Of a stretch of 45,889 nt of DNA, positions 7,564 to 16,277 are shown piece after piece. Source of the DNA: a virus. The DNA is taken from the UHGV virus genome UHGV-1372865; one strand, 5' to 3'. The notes below the pieces were generated by a model, which did no database searches, was not told the origin of the DNA, and saw only the letters and a program-made list of their open reading frames with translations. The translations under genes were made by a program, and so were the position numbers. Numbering within the stretch: position 1 is the stretch's first letter; every line of letters begins with the position of its first letter.

Positions 7564-8394
7564 ATGAGCATAGAAACAGCAATGGATAAAATGGCAGACG
7601 GGATCAGTGCAAGAGTCCCTGTATCCGAAAATGAATATATGGGGGAAGACGGTCTTCTGCACTGTGGGATTTGCAAGAAGAATGTGCAGACGAAAATAAA
7701 GTTCCTCGGCAAAGAAAAAACGGTGCGTTGTATATGCGATTGTAAGCGGAAAGAGTTGGAAGCGTTTGAGGAAAAAGAACGACAGCAAGAGAAAGAACGA
7801 AAGAGAAAAAGCTGCTTTGCGGAAACGAATATGGCAGCATGGACTTTCGAAAACGATGACAGGAAGAATGCGAAGATCTCTGACGCAATGATCCGGTATG
7901 CAGAACGATTTCCAGACTTCAGGAAAATGGGTAAGGGACTCCTGCTTTACGGAAGTGTTGGGACAGGCAAAACGTATTATGCAGCTTGTATTGCAAATAA
8001 GCTGATCGATGATGGATACAGTGTAGTGATGACAAATTTTGCACGTCTTACGAATACCATACAGGGTAAATTTGATGGAAAGCAAGAGTTTATTGACAGC
8101 CTAAACAGGTACAGCCTGCTGATTATTGATGATCTTGGAGCGGAGAGAAAATCAGAATTTATGCAAGAAATGGTATTTAACATTATTGACAGCAGATACA
8201 GGTCTGGTTTGCCTTTTATTATCACAACAAATCTGACAGCAGAAGAGATTAAAAAGAATCAGGATATCGGATATTCGAGGATTTATGACCGAATTCTGGA
8301 AAGATGCTTCCCAGTAGCTGTAACGGGAGACAGCAGAAGAAGACGGAAAGTGAAAGACACGTTCTTGGATGTAAAAGAAAAGCTAGGATTGTAG
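7564..8394 (+). CDS. DnaC/DnaI-like helicase loader AAA+ ATPase with an N-terminal zinc finger
   Basis: Walker A LLLYGSVGTGKTYYAACIA; Walker B LLIIDDLGAE; sensor FIITTNL; N-terminal HCGICKK..CICDC. Confidence 0.85.
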   Translation: MSIETAMDKMADGISARVPVSENEYMGEDGLLHCGICKKNVQTKIKFLGKEKTVRCICDCKRKELEAFEEKERQQEKERKRKSCFAETNMAAWTFENDDRKNAKISDAMIRYAERFPDFRKMGKGLLLYGSVGTGKTYYAACIANKLIDDGYSVVMTNFARLTNTIQGKFDGKQEFIDSLNRYSLLIIDDLGAERKSEFMQEMVFNIIDSRYRSGLPFIITTNLTAEEIKKNQDIGYSRIYDRILERCFPVAVTGDSRRRRKVKDTFLDVKEKLGL

Positions 8395-8402
8395 GTGATG
8401 AA

Positions 8403-8618
8403 ATGGGAATGCCAACAGGGAAAATAAGAAAAAAGTGCAAAACTTGCGTATACAGAATGAGCAAGCATGAACAGGGATTTATGCACGGGAATTGTAATTA
8501 TATTTGCATAACAGGCAAAATTCGCGGATGTGATGTGGAAAATTGCGATAAATACATAAACGGAAAAAGAAAAGAGGAAAAAGATTGGTGCGTAGAAAAT
8601 CAAAACATGGAAACATGA
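8403..8618 (+). CDS. Small Cys-rich hypothetical protein
   Basis: Internal ATG after the stop of the upstream gene; multiple CxxC. Confidence 0.4.
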   Translation: MGMPTGKIRKKCKTCVYRMSKHEQGFMHGNCNYICITGKIRGCDVENCDKYINGKRKEEKDWCVENQNMET

Positions 8619-8673
8619 ATAAATTTATGTACAGCAGCACAAAGCGGAAGAGAAGGAATAGGGTGAGAGGGAA

Positions 8674-8991
8674 ATGAATAAAAGAAAGTTGTACAAGCCA
8701 TATACAAAAGATATTGAAAAAATGATCGAAAACGGCTTTAATATCCAGAACATCTATGCAGCAATAAGCGAAGAGAGCGGAATCGATGCAAGTATTGAAA
8801 CGTTCAAAAACTTCCTGAAAGACAATGATATGCTGCCTGAGTCAAAGAAACAGGAAACTTCGGTCAAGGATATCTTCGGCAACATTGCAAATTACATGGA
8901 GTTTCACGAGGGCTGGGTGCGGACCAGTTGCCGGCTCAACAGGGCGATGTCGAATCCAAACCGGATATTAATGCGGAGGTATTTACAGTAG
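8674..8991 (+). CDS. Hypothetical protein
   Basis: AGGGTGAGAGGGAAatg RBS; 105 aa. Confidence 0.5.
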   Translation: MNKRKLYKPYTKDIEKMIENGFNIQNIYAAISEESGIDASIETFKNFLKDNDMLPESKKQETSVKDIFGNIANYMEFHEGWVRTSCRLNRAMSNPNRILMRRYLQ

Positions 8992-8993
8992 CT

Positions 8994-9149
8994 ATGAAAA
9001 AAAAGAAAGAGAAACCAAAGAAAAATGAAGTACATATCTGCTCTTCCTGCGGACGGGAAATTATCGGAGATTTTGAGTATGTAAAGACAAAGAGAGGGAC
9101 GGAATTGTATTTCTGCAAAGATATGAGGTGTAAACATGGGAAAAGTTGA
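8994..9149 (+). CDS. Small zinc-ribbon protein (51 aa)
   Basis: MKKKKEKPKKNEVHICSSCGREI..FCKDMRCKHG. Confidence 0.4.
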   Translation: MKKKKEKPKKNEVHICSSCGREIIGDFEYVKTKRGTELYFCKDMRCKHGKS

Positions 9150-9519
9150 TGATTATACAGCTGGCAGATCACAGGGATTGATTCTAGCAAGGGAGATTGT
9201 GAAAAAAGACGGTATTGATGGACTGGAAAAAGAAATCCAGTTCCGGAATATCACAGGAATAAATACAGCATTAACCAGAAAAGAACTAAACATTGCCTGT
9301 GAGAAAATCAAAAACATGACACTGGACACAATGATGGTGATCGCAGTCGCAACGCTGCATGATGAGTTCGGTTTTGCTGGGAAACGGTGCAAGAGATTTA
9401 TCGACCGAATGAACCTGAAAGCAGAGTGTCTGGTGGACGATATGGCAACATGGGACGAATACACAAAGATGATTAAAGATGAGATCGGAATCGAGATGAC
9501 GATACGGAGGAATGACTAA
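9136..9519 (+). CDS. Hypothetical protein
   Basis: 127 aa; stop overlaps the next start (TAATG). Confidence 0.5.
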   Translation: MGKVDDYTAGRSQGLILAREIVKKDGIDGLEKEIQFRNITGINTALTRKELNIACEKIKNMTLDTMMVIAVATLHDEFGFAGKRCKRFIDRMNLKAECLVDDMATWDEYTKMIKDEIGIEMTIRRND

Positions 9520-9908
9520 TGCCAAAAACAGAAGAAACATGGATGGACGGGATCACTACAGAAATGATGGAGCATATCTGCGACAACCTGTGCAAGTATC
9601 CAGATCAGCTAAGCGGCGAAGCACTGGAAGATAAATGTGCAGAATGCAAGATGGGACGGTTTGTGTGCGATATTTTGAACCAGTACAACAAGATTAATGA
9701 TTTTGCAAACAGCCAGTGCGCGAAGTTGATGTGTGAGATGCATGAGCTGAAAGAACGAGATACGGCAAAGAAGCCGAATATAATGGACTACATACTTGGT
9801 GACATTAACTTTAAATGCCCTACGTGCAAAAGTGAATATATTTGCGAAAAAGGTTATGAACATTTTTATTGCCCGAATTGCGGTCAGAAAATTAAATGGA
9901 GTGAGTAA
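9519..9908 (+). CDS. Cys-rich hypothetical protein with several CxxC pairs
   Basis: 129 aa, 16 Cys; GGAGGAAtgactaATG. Confidence 0.5.
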   Translation: MPKTEETWMDGITTEMMEHICDNLCKYPDQLSGEALEDKCAECKMGRFVCDILNQYNKINDFANSQCAKLMCEMHELKERDTAKKPNIMDYILGDINFKCPTCKSEYICEKGYEHFYCPNCGQKIKWSE

Positions 9909-9909
9909 C

Positions 9910-10083
9910 ATGGAAGAAATTAGAGTCGGAGACATAGTGATGTGCGTTGAATATCCAGGTAATCCATGCGGAATAGTGGTTAAACAGTATCGTCCGACAG
10001 CATGCGGACAGCAGACAATGATTAAATGCAATGACGGGCGGTTATTCCACGCACCAACAAGTGATTTTAGAAAGATAAGGTAA
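9910..10083 (+). CDS. Small hypothetical protein (57 aa)
   Basis: In-frame ATG right after the previous stop. Confidence 0.35.
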   Translation: MEEIRVGDIVMCVEYPGNPCGIVVKQYRPTACGQQTMIKCNDGRLFHAPTSDFRKIR

Positions 10084-10106
10084 TTGGAAGGAGCGAGGAA
10101 TAATCA

Positions 10107-10253
10107 TGATGGGAAGATGCAAATTAACAAGTATATGCGGACACGATTATTGCTGCATAGAATGTCCAGAAAACGAAGTGTGCAAAGAGCAGTGCGCAAG
10201 AATGGACCGGTATGAGTATTGTGTGGAGTGTCCGGAATATGAGGAGGAGTAGT
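10107..10253 (+). CDS. Small Cys-rich protein (48 aa)
   Basis: GGAAGGAGCGAGGAAtaatcATG; MMGRCKLTSICGHDYCCIECPENEVCKEQC.. Confidence 0.35.
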
Positions 10254-10404
10254 GATGAAAAAAATATGATATTTTAATTGCGAAATTGTATGCGTGCTGC
10301 GGAAATCAAGAAGAGTTTCCATGCGAGCCGATTACCATTGATACTAATAAAATGAGCGAGTTATTGGAAGGTGTATTTATAAAAGCAGGATTGTTGGAGG
10401 TGGA

Positions 10405-10596
10405 GTGATGAACGCATTAGAGAAAATCGTGGAAGAAATCGAGTCCATGAAAAATGATGCCTACGAAACGCTGAAAGAAGAAAGGAAAAGACACGGAGCG
10501 AGCAAAACAGCAGAAGAGCTGGAAAGCTATCTTTATGGCTTGACCTGTGCAGTGGATGTTATAGAGAAGTATGCAGATAAGGAGAATGTGGAATGA
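10405..10596 (+). CDS. Hypothetical protein; N-terminal paralogue of the next gene
   Basis: MNALEKIVEEIESMKN compared with MNVLEKILEEIKGLIEK; GGAGGTGGAGTGATG. Confidence 0.5.
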   Translation: MMNALEKIVEEIESMKNDAYETLKEERKRHGASKTAEELESYLYGLTCAVDVIEKYADKENVE

Positions 10597-11069
10597 ACGT
10601 ATTAGAGAAGATTTTGGAAGAGATAAAGGGACTGATCGAAAAGCACAAAAATAAAGCCTATGAATTGGTGGCACGAGAACCCTTGACCCAGTGCTATACC
10701 GAGGCTGATATTGAACAAATAAAAGTGCATGAACTTGCGGTTGTGAGAGATATCATCCGCAAGCACATGGATAACAATAATTTGCACGAGAAATGCAGCC
10801 GGAGAAAATGGTATCAGATAGGATATAAAGATGGAAAGAATGACGGCTGGATTCCGGTGGAGGAAAGGATGCCTACAAAAGAAGAATTTCTTAAAGATGA
10901 TGGCAGATTCATTCTCGATGATGGGAACAGACGATATCAGGGCTTGTTTGATGTTTATGATGGCAAGTTTAAATTTTCAAGGCATATAAGCGGAATCCAT
11001 TATGAACTGTTTGAGGATAAATGTGTTATCGCATGGCAGCCACTACCAGAACCATACAAGGAGGAATAA
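10593..11069 (+). CDS. Hypothetical protein with a DUF551-like C-terminal region
   Basis: ..GWIPVEERMPTKEE.. motif; the ATGA overlap with the upstream paralogue indicates translational coupling. Confidence 0.5.
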   Translation: MNVLEKILEEIKGLIEKHKNKAYELVAREPLTQCYTEADIEQIKVHELAVVRDIIRKHMDNNNLHEKCSRRKWYQIGYKDGKNDGWIPVEERMPTKEEFLKDDGRFILDDGNRRYQGLFDVYDGKFKFSRHISGIHYELFEDKCVIAWQPLPEPYKEE

Positions 11070-11262
11070 CATGGACATTTTAATCACAATCGCATTCCTA
11101 GCCCTGTACTATATCCTGGGGCTTGGGACAGTGATTACTTTGAAAACAGGAATCGAAGAGGATGTAAAAATAGAAGGCGCGGATTACCTGATGGCTGCGG
11201 GATTCCCGATACTGCTATTTGTGGTGTTTTTGGATTGGATAGCTCGAAAGATAGTGAGGTAG
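11070..11262 (+). CDS. Small two-TM membrane protein
   Basis: CAAGGAGGAAtaacATG; MDILITIAFLALYYILGLG..GFPILLFVVFL. Confidence 0.5.
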
Positions 11263-11267
11263 GAAAT

Positions 11268-11858
11268 ATGAGAAAATTTAACTGGGATGAATTTAAAAAT
11301 GAAGAAAATAAGATTGCGGTGCACTGCAAGACCGAGGAAGAGGCGAAAGACTTTTGCAAGAGAATGCATGAGCATGGGATGAAGTGGTGTTCAGGCAAAA
11401 GCTACCTGAAAGAGATAAATTACGAATCCTGCGAAGAAGAAACATGTTATATCAAAGGAGAGTTTTCGCCGTATCAGTACTATAAAAGCAATGGGTATGA
11501 AATCTTAGAATGGAGTGATTACACGAACAAAGAATTTACGAAAGCAGATTTGAGAGATGGGATGGTAGTGAAACATCGAAATGGTGACAAGAAAATGGTG
11601 ATAAGCGAAGCATTAATCGGAGAAGATGGATATTCGGATCGAAACTGCTTTCGAGAAGATTTGACATACAGATATTTTAAAGATCTCGATATTGTTGGTG
11701 TCTACGCAATCAAAGAATATAGCAACTTTGCAGATATGCTTTCGGACTATAATTTAGAACTCATCTGGGAGCGCAAAGAACCAAAGAAAATGACTGTGGA
11801 GGAAATGCGGAAGAAGTTGGAAGAGTTGACCGGGGAGCAGATTGAGGTGACGGCATGA
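11268..11858 (+). CDS. Hypothetical protein
   Basis: GTGAGGTAGGAAAtATG; 196 aa. Confidence 0.5.
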   Translation: MRKFNWDEFKNEENKIAVHCKTEEEAKDFCKRMHEHGMKWCSGKSYLKEINYESCEEETCYIKGEFSPYQYYKSNGYEILEWSDYTNKEFTKADLRDGMVVKHRNGDKKMVISEALIGEDGYSDRNCFREDLTYRYFKDLDIVGVYAIKEYSNFADMLSDYNLELIWERKEPKKMTVEEMRKKLEELTGEQIEVTA

Positions 11859-12103
11859 CCAGAGAGACTATGAAGCGCAGAAGGGAGACAGCAGACACCG
11901 TGAGAAAGATAGAAGCATACAAGATGGCAACGAGAAAGCCCTGTGAGACAGCTTTAAAGCAAAAGGGGCATAAAGCCTTTAAGTGCGACTTTAAAAGCCG
12001 CGAGAGGACGAATAAGGACGCTGTGGAGTACATAGCAGAGAAATACAACATAAAAGATCCTGTTCCGGGAGGTGATAGAGTTGGACAAGAACGTGATTTA
12101 TGA
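11855..12103 (+). CDS. Hypothetical basic protein
   Basis: 82 aa; ATGA overlap with the upstream gene. Confidence 0.45.
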   Translation: MTRETMKRRRETADTVRKIEAYKMATRKPCETALKQKGHKAFKCDFKSRERTNKDAVEYIAEKYNIKDPVPGGDRVGQERDL

Positions 12104-12488
12104 GTACATAGATGCAAAAGAATTGGTAAAAGAGACAGAGGAAGATATCAGGCGGCACAGAAGAAAGACGATCGTACAGGACAAGGTGACGGGCAGTAAT
12201 CCAGAGTTTCCGTATCAGCCACAGAGCTTTAATATCTCTGGATGTATAGAGAGCGCAGTGAACATAGACGAAGAGGAACGGTTGTTGGAAGAACGAAAGC
12301 TGAACGCAAAGCGGATTAAAGTAAAAGCAGAGCGAGTAATCAATAAAGCTCCGGTAAGGATGCAGCGGATTATCCGGTTCAAGGTGATGCAAGGACTGAC
12401 ATGGGATGAAGTAGCTGCGAAGATGAAAGGAAATTGCACAGGGGAAAGCGCAAGGAAAGAATTTCAGAGGTGGATGAAAGAAAAATAA
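12072..12488 (+). CDS. ArpU-family phage late-gene transcriptional activator (C-terminus resembles sigma-70 region 4)
   Basis: C-terminus PVRMQRIIRFKVMQGLTWDEVAAKMKGNCTGESARKEFQRWMKE looks like an HTH; it is the last gene before the tRNA/terS, the usual ArpU/RinA position. Start is GTG or TTG near 12072-12081. Confidence 0.55.
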   Translation: MIELDKNVIYEYIDAKELVKETEEDIRRHRRKTIVQDKVTGSNPEFPYQPQSFNISGCIESAVNIDEEERLLEERKLNAKRIKVKAERVINKAPVRMQRIIRFKVMQGLTWDEVAAKMKGNCTGESARKEFQRWMKEK

Positions 12489-12588
12489 AGTTTGTCCGTT
12501 TTGTCCACATTGTCCGCTTTAAATAATATATAGTATAACATGGAGTTAGAAGAAAGACTCCAAAAGCTTTCCAAACAACATTCGGAAC

Positions 12589-12633
12589 ACCGCCGGACTT
12601 TCACCCTTTCTCGTCTGGCGGTGTTTTTATGCC
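12589..12633 (+). terminator. Rho-independent terminator
   Basis: CACCGCCGGA-loop-TCTGGCGGTG followed by TTTTT. Confidence 0.55.
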
Positions 12634-12642
12634 GTGGCAAAT

Positions 12643-12690
12643 GTAGGGCAGACAGGTTCGACTCCTGTACACGGCTTCGGATGTAAAGTA
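12643..12690 (+). ncRNA. tRNA-like minihelix (acceptor stem plus T-arm only), either a degenerate tRNA or a tRNA fragment
   Basis: GCCGTGG..ACAGG-TTCGACT-CCTGT-ACACGGC: the T-arm closely matches that of the tRNA-Asn downstream, but there is no room for D or anticodon arms. Confidence 0.3.
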
Positions 12691-12863
12691 GCGGCTGGTA
12701 GACGGCCCTTAAATGATTAAGCGCGCGATCGGCTTTGCATCTGATTGGTACCAATAGCAGGTATCCGCAGATCTGCAAAACAAACAAAAATAGATTCAGC
12801 AATCTATATTTAGTGTCAGTACCCGAGTGCGGATAGGGTAAAGGATGTCAGACGGCATCCTAC

Positions 12864-12936
12864 GGGTGTATAGCTCAGTTGGTAGAGCAATCGGCTGTTA
12901 ACCGATGTGTCGCAGGTTCGAGTCCTGCTATACCCG
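12864..12936 (+). tRNA. tRNA-Asn (anticodon GTT)
   Basis: Folded by hand: 7-bp acceptor GGGTGTA/TATACCC, D-arm GCTC-AGTTGGTA-GAGC, anticodon arm ATCGG-CTGTTAA-CCGAT, T-arm GCAGG-TTCGAGT-CCTGC, discriminator G; 73 nt. Confidence 0.9.
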
Positions 12937-13059
12937 TTGTGGACTACTGCAAGGTTCCTCCTTTTTTCTTATAAATTTTGATTGTGTTTTTGGTTATTTT
13001 GGTTTTTGTTGGCGTTATTAATTCTTTCAGCAGTAGTCCTAAATTCTTAGCATCCAGAG

Positions 13060-13557
13060 ATGGGTGCTTTTATTATGCTTAAAATTAACAGATTGGAAGG
13101 TGGTGAAGTGGCAGGTTATGATAACATAAAAGATCGTGGATTTGATAAACGAACAACGGGGGAACTACGAATAATTACTTCTAAAGGTGGTAAAGCAAGC
13201 GGCGAAGCAAGAAGAAGGAAAGCAAATTTTCGGAAAACGCTGAACATGCTGCTTACCGCCGAAATAGATAGTCCTGAATGGAAGCCGGTTCTGGAGTCAC
13301 TTGGTGTTGAGTGCACTCTGGAATCGGCTCTTTTGATGGCACAGATCAAAGAAGCGTTGGGCGGAAATACACAGGCAGCTACATTCGTAGCGAAGTATGC
13401 GGGGCAATCACCGGAACCGGATGAGAACAGACGCAACCGAGAAGCAGATACAGAATTGAAACGGGCAAACGCAGATAAGCTGAACCGAGATTGCAGTAGT
13501 GAAGATGAAACGGAAGGAGTAGAGATTATCAATGATGCAGACAAAGAAACAGGTTAG
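13060..13557 (+). CDS. Terminase small subunit (assigned by position)
   Basis: 165-aa basic/acidic protein immediately upstream of terL and overlapping it. Confidence 0.45.
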   Translation: MGAFIMLKINRLEGGEVAGYDNIKDRGFDKRTTGELRIITSKGGKASGEARRRKANFRKTLNMLLTAEIDSPEWKPVLESLGVECTLESALLMAQIKEALGGNTQAATFVAKYAGQSPEPDENRRNREADTELKRANADKLNRDCSSEDETEGVEIINDADKETG

Positions 13558-14890
13558 AATATCAGATCTGATCATTCCGAAATATCTGCCTTTATTTAAT
13601 GATAAACAGCATAAACATATTATCCTGACATCTGGCCGTGCCGGTACAAAATCCAGTTATGCAGGAGTCAGAGGAATCTTCCAGTTGGTGGATGATGCGA
13701 ATGGTTCAGCAGTAGTTCTTCGTAAGCATCACAATAAGCTGCGGAAAACAGTGTACAAAGAAATGCTCCGGGGCATTAACCGGCTAGAAATCCCCAAGTC
13801 ATATTTCAAGATCGGAAAATCACCGATGGAGATTACATATAAAAAGCACAATACAACGATGTATTTCTCCGGTTCTGATGGAATTGACGATACCAAAGGT
13901 ATCATCGATGAGGACAAGCCGATAAAGCTTGTAGTGCTGGATGAGCTGACAGAGTTCTTTGATGACGGGGAAGGGGAAGATGAACTGGCGAATATAGAAG
14001 CAACGTTCGTCCGTGGAAACAAAGCTGGTTTCCAGATGATCTATCTTTACAATCCGCCGAAGAATCCGAATGCTCCGATCAACCTCTGGTGCAAGAAGAT
14101 GGAAGAGCGGGAGGACTGCATCCATATTCACACAAGCTATAAAGATGTTCCGGTTGATTGGTTGGGACAGGATCTGATTGATTCTGCAGAAGCTATGATG
14201 CGAGCTGATATCAAGATGTACCGGTGGACATGGTTAGGAGAGCCTACGGGAGTTGATGATCTGATCTACTATATGTTTTCAGCAGAGAAGCATATTTATC
14301 AGCCGGAAGATTACATTGAGGAAGAGAAACGAAGCATTGGGGAGATTGGAATCGGAGTGGACTACGGTCAACAGAATGCAACAGTCTATGAAGCTTTCGG
14401 CATTGACTATCAAAATCAAGTCCTGCGTGGAATCGATGAGTACTACTATTCCGGGCGAGAAAGTGGAACACAGAAATCTCCTTCGGAGTATGCACAGGAT
14501 ATGAAAACATTCTGCGACAAGATAGAAAAGGAGTATGACCGTGTAGTCAGCTACATATTCGTGGATCCATCGGCAGCAGGTCTGATTGAGGAAATACGGA
14601 GAGTCATCCCCCATATACCGGTTATACCGGCGCAGAATGATGTCAAGTTGGGGATCAGCCGTGTGCAGAAGTTGTTGTCTTTCGGAAGAATGATCGTCAG
14701 CGAGAAACAGAAGATGCTGATAAAGGAGTTTGGACTTTATCAGTACAATACAGATGGAATTAAAAAAGGTGTTGAGATTCCAGTAAAAGAGAACGATCAT
14801 GCGCTTGATGGAACACGCTATTTATGCGTCGGAATGTGGAACCAGATTAAATTTATGTTGCCAATATCAGAAAGAGGTGAGGAACGTTGA
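13532..14890 (+). CDS. terL: Terminase large subunit (PBSX/XtmB-type)
   Basis: Walker A ILTSGRAGTKSS; Walker B LVVLDELTEF; C-terminal nuclease motif ..NDHALDGTRY. Confidence 0.9.
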   Translation: MMQTKKQVRISDLIIPKYLPLFNDKQHKHIILTSGRAGTKSSYAGVRGIFQLVDDANGSAVVLRKHHNKLRKTVYKEMLRGINRLEIPKSYFKIGKSPMEITYKKHNTTMYFSGSDGIDDTKGIIDEDKPIKLVVLDELTEFFDDGEGEDELANIEATFVRGNKAGFQMIYLYNPPKNPNAPINLWCKKMEEREDCIHIHTSYKDVPVDWLGQDLIDSAEAMMRADIKMYRWTWLGEPTGVDDLIYYMFSAEKHIYQPEDYIEEEKRSIGEIGIGVDYGQQNATVYEAFGIDYQNQVLRGIDEYYYSGRESGTQKSPSEYAQDMKTFCDKIEKEYDRVVSYIFVDPSAAGLIEEIRRVIPHIPVIPAQNDVKLGISRVQKLLSFGRMIVSEKQKMLIKEFGLYQYNTDGIKKGVEIPVKENDHALDGTRYLCVGMWNQIKFMLPISERGEER

Positions 14891-16266
14891 TACAGTATGA
14901 AACTATAAAACAGGCAATGGGAGTGGATGTTGCGGTATCCCAGAGAATGGCACAGGCAATCTATCGTTGGTCGAAGATGTATATCAACGAATCCTCCTGG
15001 TTGAATGATGATGTAAAGGGACTAAACCTCCCGGCAGCAATCTGCTCCGAAATAGCAAGACTGGTGACAATGGAATCCAGCATCAATATTACGGGCGGAA
15101 GCAAAGCTGAAATGATTAAAGAGGGGATACAGCCATTTCTAAATGAGATTTCAAACTACACAGAATTTGCCTGCAGTACAGGCGGTGTGGTCTTTAAACC
15201 GTATTTATCCCAGAAAGGGATTGAAATAGATGTGGTGAGAGCCGGTGACTTCTATCCGGTAGAATTTAACAGCGCAGGAGAGATTACAGCGGCTATCTTC
15301 CCAGAGTTTAAGCGTGTTGGAAAGAATCTTTATACAAGGCTTGAATATCATGCATTGTATGGAAGCAGGTATAGCATTGTAAACAAAGCGTTTATCAGCA
15401 AGAAAGCAATGGTAAAAACGGATGATATCGTAAATCTCGGACAGGAGATCAATCTGGAAGAAGTACCGGAATGGTCAGATATTGCCCCTTATGTCGAGTT
15501 TCAGAATGCGGACAGGATGCTGTTTTCTTACTTCAAAATTCCATTGGCAAACAATACAGACATCCATTCTCCTCTTGGTGTATCGATCTATGCAAGAGCC
15601 GTGAATCAGATCAGGGATGCTGATGAGCAGTATGGAGCAGTGTTGTGGGAATACAAATCAAAGGAAACTGCGATTCAGGCAGCAGACGAATTCTTTCGGA
15701 AGAATCGACAGGGAGAAGTTATCCTGCCAAAAGGAAAAGAGCGTCTTTACCGGGCAATGGGGCCGAATGTGATGAGTAGGGATGGAAATCCTTTTTTTAA
15801 TGCGTATTCGCCGGAGATCCGGGATGAGAGCTTTTTCAACGGGTACAACAGGATTATACAGAAAGTAGAGTTTAACTGTGGTCTTGCTTATGGAACTCTT
15901 TCAGATCCACAGGTAGTGGATAAGACAGCAGAAGAAATTAAGGCCAGTAAGCAACGCTCTTACGCGACGGTAAAATCTATTCAGAATAGCCTTGGGAACG
16001 CACTTGAGAATCTTGTATCAGCAGTGGAAGTGTGGATGTCACTGGGAGGCATTGCCACAGAGGGAAAGGTGGAGGTATCCTGCAGTTGGGATGACTCCCT
16101 TGTAACAGACAAGAAATATGAGACGGAACAGCTTCGGGCTGATTTTAGTATGGGAGTTGTTGGTCCTGTAGAGTACCGGATGAAGCGTTTCGGTGAAACG
16201 GAAGAGCAGGCGATCAAGATGCTGAAACAGGCATCACAATTTAGCCAGGAAGATACAATGGAATAG
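14887..16266 (+). CDS. Portal protein (SPP1 gp6-like)
   Basis: 459 aa, directly after terL with an ATGA overlap; size and position are typical. Confidence 0.7.
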   Translation: MIQYETIKQAMGVDVAVSQRMAQAIYRWSKMYINESSWLNDDVKGLNLPAAICSEIARLVTMESSINITGGSKAEMIKEGIQPFLNEISNYTEFACSTGGVVFKPYLSQKGIEIDVVRAGDFYPVEFNSAGEITAAIFPEFKRVGKNLYTRLEYHALYGSRYSIVNKAFISKKAMVKTDDIVNLGQEINLEEVPEWSDIAPYVEFQNADRMLFSYFKIPLANNTDIHSPLGVSIYARAVNQIRDADEQYGAVLWEYKSKETAIQAADEFFRKNRQGEVILPKGKERLYRAMGPNVMSRDGNPFFNAYSPEIRDESFFNGYNRIIQKVEFNCGLAYGTLSDPQVVDKTAEEIKASKQRSYATVKSIQNSLGNALENLVSAVEVWMSLGGIATEGKVEVSCSWDDSLVTDKKYETEQLRADFSMGVVGPVEYRMKRFGETEEQAIKMLKQASQFSQEDTME

Positions 16267-16277
16267 GGTGTGAGGAT

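Noticed and set aside
12540-12692. 50-aa ORF starting at 12540 and running through the terminator and tRNA-like minihelix
   Set aside because: It spans a strong intrinsic terminator and RNA-like structure and is more likely non-coding.
14279-14800. 173-aa minus-strand ORF inside terL, and a 142-aa ORF inside terS (13116-13544)
   Set aside because: They are antisense to well-supported packaging genes.
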